A stretch of DNA of 64,000 nucleotides, taken from contig NIVC01001911.1 in NCBI GenBank assembly GCA_002269645.1, positions 124,001 through 188,000 of the forward strand, written 5' to 3'. Positions within the stretch are counted from its first letter, which is position 1. Every line of letters starts with the position of its first letter. Both the position numbers and the translations under genes were made by a program. Source of the stretch: Macrostomum lignano (taxonomy: Eukaryota). The notes under the pieces are model-generated. The model saw only the letters and a list, made by a program, of their open reading frames with translations, was not told the DNA's origin and ran no database searches. Shown in pieces: positions 21,330 through 34,257 of the stretch.

Positions 21330-23830
21330 AGACAGTGGCGCCATAATAGTAGACAGTGGCGCCATAATAAGAGACAGTAGCGCCAACCTACATGTAAGAG
21401 ACAGTGGCGCCAACATACATGTAAGAGACAGTGACGCCATAATAAGAGACAGTGGCGCCAACCTACATGAAAGAGACAGTGGCGCAAACCTACATGTAAG
21501 AGACAGTGGCGCCATAATAAGAGACAGTGGCGCCAACATACATGTAAGAGACAGTGGCGCCATAATAAGAGACAGTGGCGCCAACCTACATGTAAGAGAC
21601 AGTGGCGCCATAAGAAGAGACAGTGGCGCCAACCTACATGTAAGAGACAGTGGCGCCATAATAAGAGACAGTGGCGCCAACCTACATGTAAGAGACAGTG
21701 GCGCCATAATAAGAGACAGTGGCGCCAACCTACATGTAAGAGACAGTGGCGCCATAAGAAGAGACAGTGGCGCCAACCTACATGTAAGAGACAGTGGCGC
21801 CATAATAAGAGACAGTGGCGCCAACCTACATGTAAGAGACAGTGGCGCCATAATAAGAGACAGTGGCGCCAACCTACATGTAAGAGACAGTGGCGCAAAC
21901 CTACATGTAAGAGACAGTGGCGCCAACCTACATGTAAGAGACAGTGGCGCCAACATACATGTAAGAGACAGTGGCGCCATAATAAGAGACAGTGGCGCCA
22001 ACCTACATGTAAGAGACAGTGGCGCAAACCTACATGTAAGAGACAGTGGCGCCAACATACATGTAAGAGACAGTGGCGCAAACCTACATGTAAGAGACAG
22101 TGGCGCCAACCTACATGTAAGAGACAGTGGCGCCAACATACATGTAAGAGACAGTGACGCCAACCTACATGTAAGAGACAGTGGCGCAAACCTACATGTA
22201 AGAGACAGTGGCGCAAACCTACATGTAAGAGACAGTGACGCCATAATAAGAGACAGTGGCGCCAACCTACATGTAAGAGACAGTGGCGCAAACCTACATG
22301 TAAGAGACAGTGGCGCCAACCTACATGTAAGAGACAGTGGCGCCAACCTACATGTAAGAGACAGTGACGCCAACCTACATGTAAGAGACAGTGGCGCCAA
22401 CCTACATGTAAGAGACAGTGGCGCCAACCTACATGTAAGAGACAGTGGCGCCAACATACATGTAAGAGACAGTGGCGCCATAATAAGAGACAGTGGCGCC
22501 AACCTACATGTAAGAGACAGTGGCGCAAACCTACATGTAAGAGACAGTGGCGCCAACCTACACGTAAGAGACAGTGGCGCCAACCTACATGTAAGAGACA
22601 GTGGCGCCATCCTACATGTAAGAGACAGTGGCGCCAACATACATGTAAGAGACAGTGACGCCATAATAAGAGACAGTGGCGCCAACCTACATGTAAGAGA
22701 CAGTGGCGCCAACCTACATGTAAGAGACAGTGGCGCAAACCTACATGTAAGAGACAGTGGCGCCAACATACATACATGTAAGAGACAGTGACGCCAACCT
22801 ACATGTAAGAGACAGTGGCGCCATAATAAGAGACAGTGGCGCCAACCTACATGTAAGAGACAGTGGCGCCATAATAAGAGACAGTGGCGCCAACCTACAT
22901 GTAAGAGACAGTGGCGCCATAATAAGAGACAGTGGCGCCAACCTACATGTAAGAGACAGTGGCGCCATAATAAGAGACAGTGGCGCCAACCTACATGTAA
23001 GAGACAGTGGCGCCAACCTACATGTAAGAGACAGTGGCGCCAACCTACATGTAAGAGACAGTGGCGCAAACCTACATGTAAGAGACAGTGGCGCCAACCT
23101 ACATGTAAGAGACAGTGGCGCCAACATACATGTAAGAGACAGTGGCGCCATAATAAGAGACAGTGGCGCCAACCTACATGTAAGAGACAGTGGCGCAAAC
23201 CTACATGTAAGAGACAGTGGCGCCAACCTACATGTAAGAGACAGTGGCGCCAACATACATGTAAGAGACAGTGGCGCCATAATAAGAGACAGTGGCGCCA
23301 ACCTACATGTAAGAGACAGTGGCGCAAACCTACATGTAAGAGACAGTGACGCCATAATAAGAGACAGTGGCGCCAACCTACATGTAAGAGACAGTGGCGC
23401 AAACCTACATGTAAGAGACAGTGGCGCCAACCTACAGGTAAGAGACAGTGGCGCTAACATACATGTAAGAGACAGTGGCGCCATAATAAGAGACAGTGGC
23501 GCCAACCTACATGTAAGAGACAGTGGCGCAAACCTACATGTAAGAGACAGTGGCGCTAACATACATGTAAGAGACAGTGGCGCCAACCTACATGTAAGAG
23601 ACAGTGGCGCCAACCTACATGTAAGAGACAGTGGCGCCAACCTACATGTAAGAGACAGTGGCGCCAACCTACATGTAAGAGACAGTGGCGCCAACCTACA
23701 TGTAAGAGACAGTGGCGCAAACCTACATGTAAGAGACAGTGGCGCAAACCTACATGTAAGAGACAGTGGCACCAACCTACATGTAAGAGACAGTGGCGCC
23801 AACCTACATGAAAGAGACAGTGGCGCCAAA
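21330..23830. repeat. 27/21-bp minisatellite (GAGACAGTGGCGCCAACCTACATGTAA / GAGACAGTGGCGCCATAATAA)
   Basis: Directly visible; two interspersed unit lengths. Confidence 0.97.
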
Positions 23831-23859
23831 TTTTTGTACTAATGTACTAATTTAATTGG

Positions 23860-23980
23860 CCTACTGGGGGAATTGCTGAAATGTCAAGGCTTACTGGGGG
23901 AATTGCTGAGATGTCAAGGCTTACTGGGGGAATTGCTGAGATGTCAAGGCTTACTGGGGGAATTTCTGAGATGTCAAGGC
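23860..23980. repeat. 30-bp tandem repeat, about 4 copies
   Basis: CTTACTGGGGGAATTGCTGAGATGTCAAGG units. Confidence 0.85.
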
Positions 23981-24407
23981 AAATATATATAGGATTCACA
24001 GAAATAATTTTTCGCTCTTGCTTATTGGGCGCCCCGAAGGGAGGCACTAGATTGCAATTTCTGTACTAATTTAATTTGGCCGAGCTACTCAGAAACTTTG
24101 GCTGACGAGAACTGTTTGTATAAAAAATAGCGCACATTATATTGAATCGGTTAAATAATTGAAACTCGATATTAATAAATCTTCTACGCGTGAATGGTCA
24201 GATTTGTGGAAGTTTCACGCAATTCAAATTGTTTTGTATCGTTGTCATGTATTTTAAAAGGAAAGGCAGATCAATAAAGACATCTAAATCTGAAAATTGC
24301 TAATAGTTGCTTACTAAAAACAGTTAACTTGGCATGAAAATTAGTAACTGCAAACTCGTGGAGTGCCTCAGCTCTCTGCCTAAAGCTAGTTGAAAACCCT
24401 CCTACAG

Positions 24408-25636
24408 TTAAAGCTTCTTCCAAGCCTCAACTTCTTCTTGCGTGCCCTCCGGCGGCAGCTGCACTTCGAATCGAAACGGTTCACCAGTCCGTAGCTGCGG
24501 ATTCACGTACCATCGACCATTGACTCCGTCAACAAAGCAGTCAAGATGAGGCAGCTCAAGCAGTTTAGGCAGAGATCGCACCAGAAAATAGCTCAAGCAG
24601 GATGTGTCCACCGCTGCACTGGACTGGGTCAGGTTGACAATCATTTCTCGACGCTCGTAAACGTGTGGATGCATTTCCTGTTAAAGATAAATAAATGAGT
24701 TCAGAACATTAGTAAATGACAACTAAGTAACTTATACTCCGCAACATTGAAAAGTCGCCACTCTTTGCCCCAGACGCGTCCATCGCTGTGTTTGGGGTTC
24801 GGGTTCGGCCACCCGGTTTTTCGGGGTTTTCAGGGCCTTGCACAAATATCTCTTTTAAGTTAGCTTTCAGCCAGTTTTGCGGGAGCACGAGATTTACCCG
24901 CAGGTTTTCCCACCAAGGTTTTCCCGCAGGGGTTTCCAGTCGGAACTTCAAGTCAAATCTAGTCTGCAGACTATACTAGACTAGATTAGAACTAGACTAG
25001 ACTGGATTAGAACTAGACTAGACTAGATTAGAACTAGACTAGACTAGATTAAAACTATACTAGATTAGAACTAGACTAGACTGGATTAGAACTAGACTAT
25101 ACTAGATTAGAACAAGACTATACTAGATTAGAACTAGACTAGACTGGACTAGATTAGACTAGACTAGATTAGAACTAGACTAGACTAGACTAGACTAGAC
25201 TAGACTAGACTAAAATAAAGATTGAGGTGTTTTTTCGTTGGTTTGCTGCGCACGTTTTTGTCTGCCTGCCGAGCTATGACTCGAATGGACTAAAAATTAT
25301 CACCCGTCAAAAGCGCTTCATGACTTTTCATTTGAGTGTCCAAGTATTATTTTCGACGATTCTTATCAAAGATCTTTTATTTGAACCTAGACTTACCAGA
25401 TGATCCAGGTTCTTCAACTGCTCAGAGTTGACACTGTAGACCTCCCCAGTAACCCGGTGACCCTGACCGGCATAGGGAAGCAAGAATGGAATATTATACC
25501 GACTGGCAATCACCAGAGGATAAGGCTCCTTAGTAACCGCGGTTCCAATAAATTCGGCGTCGGTTAACAGGCGATGATTAAAATTATCGCGCTTCAGTGT
25601 GCCATACACGAATACCAGATGCTTGTCTGAGGACAT
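24408..25636 (-). CDS. GGACT: Gamma-glutamylamine cyclotransferase (AIG2-like) paralog 1, 2 exons, 169 aa
   Basis: Exons 25636-25397 and 24677-24408 (phase 0, GT-AG). Motifs VFVYGTLK, EPYPLVIA and GEVY are present, and the catalytic-type Glu opens exon 2 (DHL|EMHP). Confidence 0.9.
24970..25212. repeat. (CTAGA)n-type repeat in the GGACT paralog 1 intron
   Basis: Directly visible. Confidence 0.9.
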
Positions 25637-25799
25637 TGTGCAGGAGACAGTTAGAAGTTCCCTAGATAAGGCATGAAAGTGCATGTTGTTAATGATATCA
25701 GAAATTTTAACCTTGAGTTATGTACAGCTTCGTTTAACAGATTATAAAATTCTCCATCTTAAAGTAATTTATAGCAAGTAATTTAGTGAAGATTTTAGG

Positions 25800-27260
25800 C
25801 TGTGAATATTCTAGATTATGAAGATTCTAGATTGTGAAGGTTCTAGATTGTGAAGATTCTAGATTGTGAAGGTTCTAGATTGTGAAGGTTCTAGATTGTA
25901 AATATTCTAGATTGTGAAGATTCTAGATTATGAAGGCTCTAGATTGTAAAGATTCTAGATTGTGAAGATTCTAGATTATGAAGGTTCTAGACTGTGAAGA
26001 TTCTAGATTATGAAGGCTCTAGATTGTAAAGATTCTAGATTGTGAAGATTCTAGATTATGAAGGTTCTAGATTGTGAAGATTCTAGATTTTGAAGATTCT
26101 AGATTGTGAAGATTCTAGATTTTGAAGATTCTAGATTGTGAAGATTCTAGATTGTGAAGGTTCTAGATTGTGAAGATTCTAGACTGTGAAGATTCTAGAT
26201 TATGAAGGCTCTAGATTGTAAAGATTCTAGATTGTGAAGATTCTAGATTATGAAGGTTCTAGATTGTGAAGATTCTAGATTGTGAAGATTCTAGATTGTG
26301 AAGATTCTAGATTGTGAAGATTCTAGATTGTGAAGATTCTAGATTATGAAGGCTCTAGATTGTGAAGATTCTAGATTGTGAAGATTCTAGATTGTGAAGA
26401 TTCTAGATTGTAAAGATTCTAGATTGTGAAGATTCTAGATTGTGAAGATTCTAGATTGTAAAGAATCTAGATTGTGAAGATTCTAGATTGTGAAGATTCT
26501 AGATTGTGAAGATTCTAGATTGTGAAGGTTCTAGATTGTAAAGATTCTAGATTGTGAAGGTTCTAGATTGTGAAGATTCTAGATGGTAAAGATTCTAGAT
26601 TGTGAAGATTCTAGATTGTGAAGGTTCTAGATTGTAAAGATTCTAGATTTTGAAGATTCTAGATTATGAAGATTCTAGATTGTGAAGGTTCTAGATTGTA
26701 AAGATTCTAGATTGTGAAGATTCTAGATTGTAAAGAATCTAGATTGTGAAGGTTCTAGATTGTAAAGATTCTAGATTGTGAAGATTCTAGATTTTGAAGA
26801 TTCTAGATTATGAAGATTCTAGATTGTGGAGATTCTAGATTGTGAAGATTCTAGATTATGAAGATTCTAGATTGTAAAGATTCTAGATTTTGAAGATTCT
26901 AGATTATGAAGATTCTAGATTGTGAAGGTTCTAGATTGTAAAGATTCTAGATTGTGAAGATTCTAGATTGTAAAGAATCTAGATTGTGAAGGTTCTAGAT
27001 TGTAAAGATTCTAGATTGTGAAGATTCTAGATTTTGAAAATTCTAGATTATGAAGATTCTAGATTGTGAAGGTTCTAGATTGTAAAGATTCTAGATTATG
27101 AAGATTCTAGATTATGAAGATTCTAGATTGTGAAGATTCTAGATTATGAAGGTTCTAGATTGTAAATATTCTAGATTGTGAAGATTCTAGATTGTGAAGA
27201 TTCTAGATTATGAAGGTTCTAGATTGTGAAGATTCTAGATTGTGAAGATTCTAGATTGTG
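25800..27260. repeat. 16-bp minisatellite (ATTCTAGATTGTGAAG)
   Basis: Directly visible. Confidence 0.97.
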
Positions 27261-27785
27261 AAGCTTACATATTGTGAAGATTGTAGGTTGTGTAAGTTCT
27301 AAGTGGTAAAGAGTCAGTTGTAAAATCTCTGGGTTGTAAATTTCTAAGACAAATTCTAGTGAATCAAGCAATGTCAGAATTATCTTAAATTCATAATTAA
27401 TTCTACCATTTAGGAAGAAGTTAATGAACATGATTTTTTCAACCAAGCAACTAGCTTTTCTCTACTTTAAGTAGTTAAACCGTTTATTTTGCAAACAAAA
27501 TTTCAACCATGTAAAAACATTCTTCGATATAATTGCAGCGGTAGAAATCGTATGTTAATATGAAAAAATAGCACAAATCTGATTTACAAGTATAACACAG
27601 ATATTTAGAATATCAGAATTTACATGTTCCGATTCTAAATTGAGCATCTGAATACTACAAAAGCAATGGTACCCAGTTTGATGTGGAAGTAGCTTGATAT
27701 AAACTTGTGTTTAAAAAATTCGATTGAAGCTTTAAAACAAGAAATGTTTGCTGTGTAATATTGACTGGGATTTTAGATGATTGTT

Positions 27786-29035
27786 AGGGCGCCAAATGAA
27801 GACAGTTGGGGGCGCCAAATGAAGACAGTTGGGAGCGCCAAATGAAGACAGTTGGGGGCGCCAAATGAAGACAGTTGGGAGCGCCAAATGAAGACAGTTG
27901 GGGGCGCCAAATGAAGATAGTTGGGGGCACCAAATGAAGACAGTTGGGGGCGCTAAATAAAGACACTTGGGGGCGCTAAATAAAGACACTTGGGGGCGCT
28001 AAATAAAGACAGTTGGGGGCGCCAAATGAAGACAGTTGGGGGGTGCCAAATGAAGACAGTTGGGGGCACCAAATGAAGACAGTTGGGGGCGCTAAATAAA
28101 GACACTTGGGGGCGCTAAATAAAGACACTTGGGGGCGCTAAATAAAGACAGTTGGGGGCGCCAAATGAAGACAGTTGGGGGGTGCCAAAGGAAGACAGTT
28201 GGGGGCACCAAATGAAGACAGTTGGGGGCGCTAAATAAAGACACTTGGGGGCGCTAAATAAAGACACTTGGGGGCGCCAAATGAAGACAGTTGGGGGCGC
28301 TAAATAAAGACACTTGGGGGCGCTAAATAAAGACAGTTGGGGGCGCCAAATGAAGACAGTTGGGGGGTGCCAAATGAAGACAGTTGGGGGCACCAAATGA
28401 AGACAGTTGGGGGCGCTAAATAAAGACACTTGGGGGCGCTAAATAAAGACACTTGGGGGCGCCAAATGAAGACAGTTGGGGGCGCTAAATAAAGACACTT
28501 GGGGGCGCTAAATAAAGACAGTTGGGGGCGCCAAATGAAGACAGTTGGGGGGTGCCAAATGAAGACAGTTGGGGGCACCAAATGAAGACAGTTGGGGGCG
28601 CTAAATAAAGACACTTGGGGGCGCTAAATAAAGACACTTGGGGGCGCCAAATGAAGACAGTTGGGGCGCCAAATGAAGACACTTAGGGGCGCCAAATGAA
28701 GACAGTTGGGGGCACCAAATGAAGACAGTTGGGGGCGCCAAATGAAGACAGTTGGGGGCGCCAAATGAAGACAGTTGGGGGCGCCAAACAAAGACACTTG
28801 GGGGCGCCAAATGAAGACAGTTGGGGGCGCCAAACAAAGACACTTGGGGGCGCCAAATGAAGACAGTTGGGGCGCCAAATGAAGACACTTAGGGGCGCCA
28901 AATGAAGACAGTTGGGGGCACCAAATGAAGACAGTTGGGGGCGCCAAATGAAGACAGTTGGGGGCGCCAAATGAAGACAGTTGGGGGCGCCAAACAAAGA
29001 CACTTGGGGGCGCCAAATGAAGACAGTTGGGGGGC
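27786..29035. repeat. 23-bp minisatellite (GGGGGCGCCAAATGAAGACAGTT)
   Basis: Directly visible. Confidence 0.95.
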
Positions 29036-29122
29036 TAAAAAAGAAATTTGGGGCACCAAATAATAATACAGTTTTTGCATGGCAAAAGCGACAAAACAAA
29101 CAAAAATGCCAACCAAAAGACG

Positions 29123-31369
29123 TCAGGAAGTTGCAGTTTCTTCCACACGGTCGCATCCTTTGGGATGCTGCATTTGAGCCATGATCTCTTGACGCCGGTT
29201 GATGGCGCTGGGGCCAATGATTCTGGGCATAAACGGCAGACCCAGGACGCCGTCGTAATACCTGAGAAAACAAGTAAGACTTGGCTGTTATCTTGCTGTG
29301 CCCTCCCGGGATATATTTGCCACTCTCTCTCCCCTTCACCACTCTCTCTCCTTCTCAACACTCTCTCCCTCTCACCACTCACCACTTACTCTCCCTCTCA
29401 CCATTCACTCTCCCTCTCCCCACTCACTCTGCCTCTCACCATTCACTCTGCCTCTCACCACTCTCTCTGCCTCTCACCATTCACTCTGCCTCTCACCACT
29501 CACTCTGCCTCTCACCATTCACTCTCCCTCTCACCATTCACTCTGCCTCTCACCACTCACTCTGCTTCTCATCACTCACTCTCTCTCATCACCACTCACT
29601 CTCCCTCTCACCACTCACTCTCCCTCTCACCACTCACTCTGCCTCTCACCACTCACTCTCCCTCTCACCACTCACTCTGCTTCTCATCACTCACTCTCCC
29701 TCTCACCATTCACTCTGCCTCTCACCATTCACTCTCCCTCTCACCATTCACTCTCCCTCTCCCCACTCACTCTGCCTCTCACCATTCACTCTGCCTCTCA
29801 CCACTCTCTCTGCCTCTCACCACTCACTCTGCCTCTCACCACTCACTCTCCCTCTCACCACTCACTCTGCCTCTCACCACTCACTCTGCCTCTCACCACT
29901 CACTCTGCCTCTCACCATTCACTCTCCCTCTCACCATTCACTCTGCCTCTCACCACTCACTCTGCCTCTCACCACTCACTCTGCTTCTCACCACTCACTC
30001 TGCCTCTCACCACTCACTCTCCCTCTCCCCACTCACTCTGCCTCTCACCATTCACTCTGCCTCTCACCACTCACTCTGCCTCTCACCACTCACTCTCCCT
30101 CTCACCACTCACTCTGCCTCTCACCACTCACTCTGCCTCTCACCACTCACTCTGCCTCTCACCACTCACTCTCCCTCTCACCACTCTCTCTCCCTATCAC
30201 CACTCCCTCTCCCTCTCACCACTCACTCTCCCTCTCACCACTCACTCTGCCTCTCACCACTCACTCTGCCTCTCACCACTCACTCTGCCTCTCACCACTC
30301 ACTCTCCCTCTCACCACTCTCTCTCCCTATCACCACTCCCTCTCCCTCTCACCACTCACTCTGCCTCTCACCACTCACTCTGCCTCTCACCACTCACTCT
30401 GCCTCTCACCACTCACTCTCCCTCTCACCACTCTCTCTCCCTATCACCACTCCCTCTCCCTCTCACCACTCACTCTGCCTCTCACCACTCACTCTGCTTC
30501 TCACCACTCACTCTGCCTCTCACCACTCACTCTCCCTCTCCCCACTCACTCTGCCTCTCACCATTCACTCTGCCTCTCACCACTCACTCTGCCTCTCACC
30601 ACTCACTCTCCCTCTCACCACTCACTCTGCCTCTCACCACTCACTCTGCCTCTCACCACTCACTCTGCCTCTCACCACTCACTCTCCCTCTCACCACTCT
30701 CTCTCCCTCTCACCACTCTCTCTCCCTATCACCACTCCCTCTCCCTCTCACCACTCACTCTGCCTCTCACCACTCACTCTGCCTCTCACCATTCACTCTC
30801 CTCTCACCACTTTCTCTCCTTCTCTTCTCAATAATAGATTTCTCATTCTCACTCCATCACCACTTAATTTTTCTTCCACTGGCAGATGGACTCAATCTAA
30901 CGCCAAACCAAGCCTGAACTGACCTGGGCACAGTGGGCAGCAACAACAGGTGCTCCCTAGGTCTCTGCAGAAAATAGCAATCACACTCGATAGATCCTGA
31001 ACCGCCAATGCCAGCCCCGAACTCAGACTCTGCTCCAGGAGTTTTAGCCAATTCAATGAGTTCAACGATAATTTTAGCCCGTCTGTACTGCTCAGGGTGT
31101 CCTTCGAATTCGTCAACTCTAGTCGAGTCTCGAACAGCGTACAACTCGCCCTGCACTCGATGACCCCTACCCTGATAGTCCAACAGCGCTGGTATGTTAT
31201 ACTCTGACGCAATCACTAACGGATAGGGCTTCACGGTTTTCGCAGTGCCCAATAATTTAGCGCCGATTTGTTGCATTCTGAATCCGTTCGGTTGGTCGGA
31301 TTTCAATGTGCCATAGGTGAATATTAATAGAGGCTGATGCTGTTGCGGCTGTTGTTGTTGCGTTTCCAT
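29123..31369 (-). CDS. GGACT: Gamma-glutamylamine cyclotransferase paralog 2, 2 exons, ~194 aa
   Basis: Exons 31369-30924 and 29261-29123 (phase 2, GT-AG). Motifs IFTYGTLK, KPYPLVIASEYNIP, GELY, DEFEGHP and C-terminal YYDGVLGLPFMPR. Confidence 0.88.
29320..30810. repeat. 19-bp minisatellite (CTCTCACCACTCACTCTGC) filling the GGACT paralog 2 intron
   Basis: Directly visible. Confidence 0.95.
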
Positions 31370-31489
31370 GGAGACAGATTGTGTGTGTTAATCAGAAAAT
31401 GCGATTTCAGACAGTTTTTGGAGATTTTTTAAAGTAGTCGCTTTAATGACAAATTCAGGATTAGAAAGTGCATTCTCCAGGTCTGTGTA

Positions 31490-33360
31490 GTGCCTCAGTT
31501 CTCTATGGCCACTTCAGGAGTCTTCTATGGTCACTTCAGGAGGTCTCTATGGTCACTTCAGGAGGTCTCTATGGTCACTTCAGGAGGTCTCTATGGTCAC
31601 TTCAGGAGTTCTCTATGGTCACTTCAGGAGGTCTCTATGGTCACTTCAGGAGGTCTCTATGGTCACTTCAGGAGGTCTCTATGGTCACTTCAGGAGTTCT
31701 CTATGGTCACTTCAGGAGTTCTCTATGGTCACTTCAGGAGGTCTCTATGGTCACTTCAGGAGTTCTCTATGGTCACTTCAGGAGGTCTCTATGGTCACTT
31801 CAGAAGTCTTCTATGGTCACTTCAGGAGGTCTCTATGGTCACTTCAGAAGTCTTCTATGGTCACTTCAGGAGGTCTCTATGGTCACTTCAGGAGGTCATT
31901 ATGGTCACTTCAGGAGGTCTCTATGGTCACTTCAGGGGGTCTCTATGGTCACTTTAGGTCTTTATGGCCACTTTGGAAGTCTCTAATGGTCACTTCAGGA
32001 GATCTCTATGGCCACTTCAGGAGATCTCTATGGCCACTTCAGGAGGTCTCTTAATGGCTACTTCAGGACTTCTCTATGGTCACTTCAGGAGGTCTCTATG
32101 GTCACTTCAGGAGGTCTCTATGGTCACTTCAGGTCTCTAATGGCCACTTTAGGAGGTCTCTAATGGTCACTTCAGGAGGTCTCTATGGTGAGGTCACTGA
32201 TGGTCACTTCAGGAGGTCTCTAATGGCAACTTTAGGACTTCTCTATGGCCACTTCAGGAGGTCTCTTAATGGCTACTTCAGGACTTCTCAATGGCCACTT
32301 CAAGAGGTCTCTTAATGGCTACTTTAGGACTTCTCTATGGTCACTTCAGGAGGTCTCTATGGTCACTTTAGGTCTTTATGGCCACTTCGGGAGGCCTTTG
32401 ATGGTCACTTCAGGTCTCTAATAGCCACTTAAGGTCTTTATGGCCACTTTGGAAGTCTCTAATGGTCACTTTGGAAGTCTCTAATGGTCACTTCAGGAGG
32501 TCTCTAATGGTCACTTCAGGAGGTCTCTATGGTCACTTCAGGAGGTCTCTATGGCCACTTCAGGATGTCTCTAATGGCCACTTCAGGAGATCTCTATGGT
32601 CACTTCAGGAGGTCTCTATGGTCACTTCAGGAGGTCTCTATGGTCACTTCAGGTCTCTAATGGCCACTTCAGGAGGTCTCTAATGGCCACTTCAGGACCT
32701 CTCTATGGCCACTTCAGAATGTCTCTTAATGGCCATCTCAGGAGGTCTCGAATGGCCACTTCAGGACTTCTCTATGGCCACTTCAGGAGGTCTCTAATGG
32801 CCACTTCAGGAGGTCTCTAATGGCCACTTCAGGAGGTCTCTAATGGCCACTTCAGGAGATCTCTAATGGCCACTTCAGGCGGTCTCTAATGGCCACTTAA
32901 GGAGGTCTCTAATGGCCACTTCAGGAGGTCTCTAATGGCCACTTCAGGAGATCTCTAATGGCCACTTCAGGCGGTCTCTAATTGCCACTTCAGGAGGTCT
33001 CTAATGACCACTTCAGGAGGTCTCTAATGGCCAATTCACGAGTTCTCTATGGTCACTTCAGGACTTCTCTATGGTCACCTCAGGTTTCTATGGTCACTTC
33101 AGGACTTCTCTATGGTCACCTCAGGTTTCTATGGTCACTTCAGGAGTTCTCTATGATCACTTCAGGTTTCTATGGTCACTTCAGGAGGTCTCTATGGTGG
33201 GGTCACTGATGGTCACTTCAGGAGGTCTCTAATGGCCACTTAAGGACTTCTCTATGGCCACTTCAGGAGGTCTCTAATGGTCACTTCAGGAGGTCTCTAA
33301 TGGTTACTTCAGGAGGTCTCTAATGGCCACTTCAGGAGGTCTCTAATGGCCACTTCAGGA
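31490..33360. repeat. 22-bp minisatellite (CTATGGTCACTTCAGGAGGTCT)
   Basis: Directly visible. Confidence 0.95.
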
Positions 33361-34257
33361 GATGTTTATTGCTGCTTAAGGTCTCTGCGAAGGCTTACAC
33401 AGGAGTGAGTTTTTTGTATTGCATTTCAAGCACAATATAGGGGTTAAATAATAGAACATTTGTCTCATATTACTGTTTTAATTTATTGCCAAGCAAGTCA
33501 CTAGCCAACATAGGTTACATATATATTTGTATTTCAGGTTTTCACAATAACAAAAGGTTTAAGCGGCAGAGTTACATGTATATTAAAAGCTACTATTAAA
33601 GAAGATAAAATGAAATTAAAGCAAGGCACAAGAAAGCAAACAAAAATTCCTAAATAAATTTGTTCACAGCATTGGACGGAACCCAAATCCTTCGTTATTG
33701 TGTTATCAATAAAATCTTCTAAAAAAATTCTAAGACGAAAAATGGAATGAATAAAGATTAAGTAATTAGAATAAAGGCCACAATTATTATCATTAGAGTA
33801 GTTTAGCTGTTGTAAACTTTAATAAAGAGGAAAATTTCAGTGAAAAGGACGGAACGGATAATTGAAGTGAAATCGAATTGAATTTAGCGATACAAATTGG
33901 TGCTTAAACTGATAAGCCAAATAGTTGAAATCATAATTTATTTTAGTTTTCCACAATTGACTACAGTAAAGACTAACTGAAGAACAACGTTAATAAAACT
34001 TTGTAATTTATCTTGTTTTAATTTCCAAATCAATTCCGGAAAAAAACTACTTTACAGTAAAACACTAAAGATTAAAACAAAAAATGCTCTCCATTGACTT
34101 CGCTACTATCTCTATTAGATTTATAGGCGAGCGAGCGAGCGTTAAACTATTATTAGTAGCGAAAAAGCAAATTGTTACTATAATTTAGGAAATTACTTTA
34201 AAACACGTAAATAATATTGAATTGAATTAAATTTCAGCCCCAAAACACACAAGGCCA

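Noticed and set aside
21330-23830. CRISPR-like appearance (conserved GAGACAGTGGCGC repeat with variable interspaces)
   Set aside because: The interspaces are 2-3 recurring short variants, not unique spacers. There are no cas genes and the context is eukaryotic.
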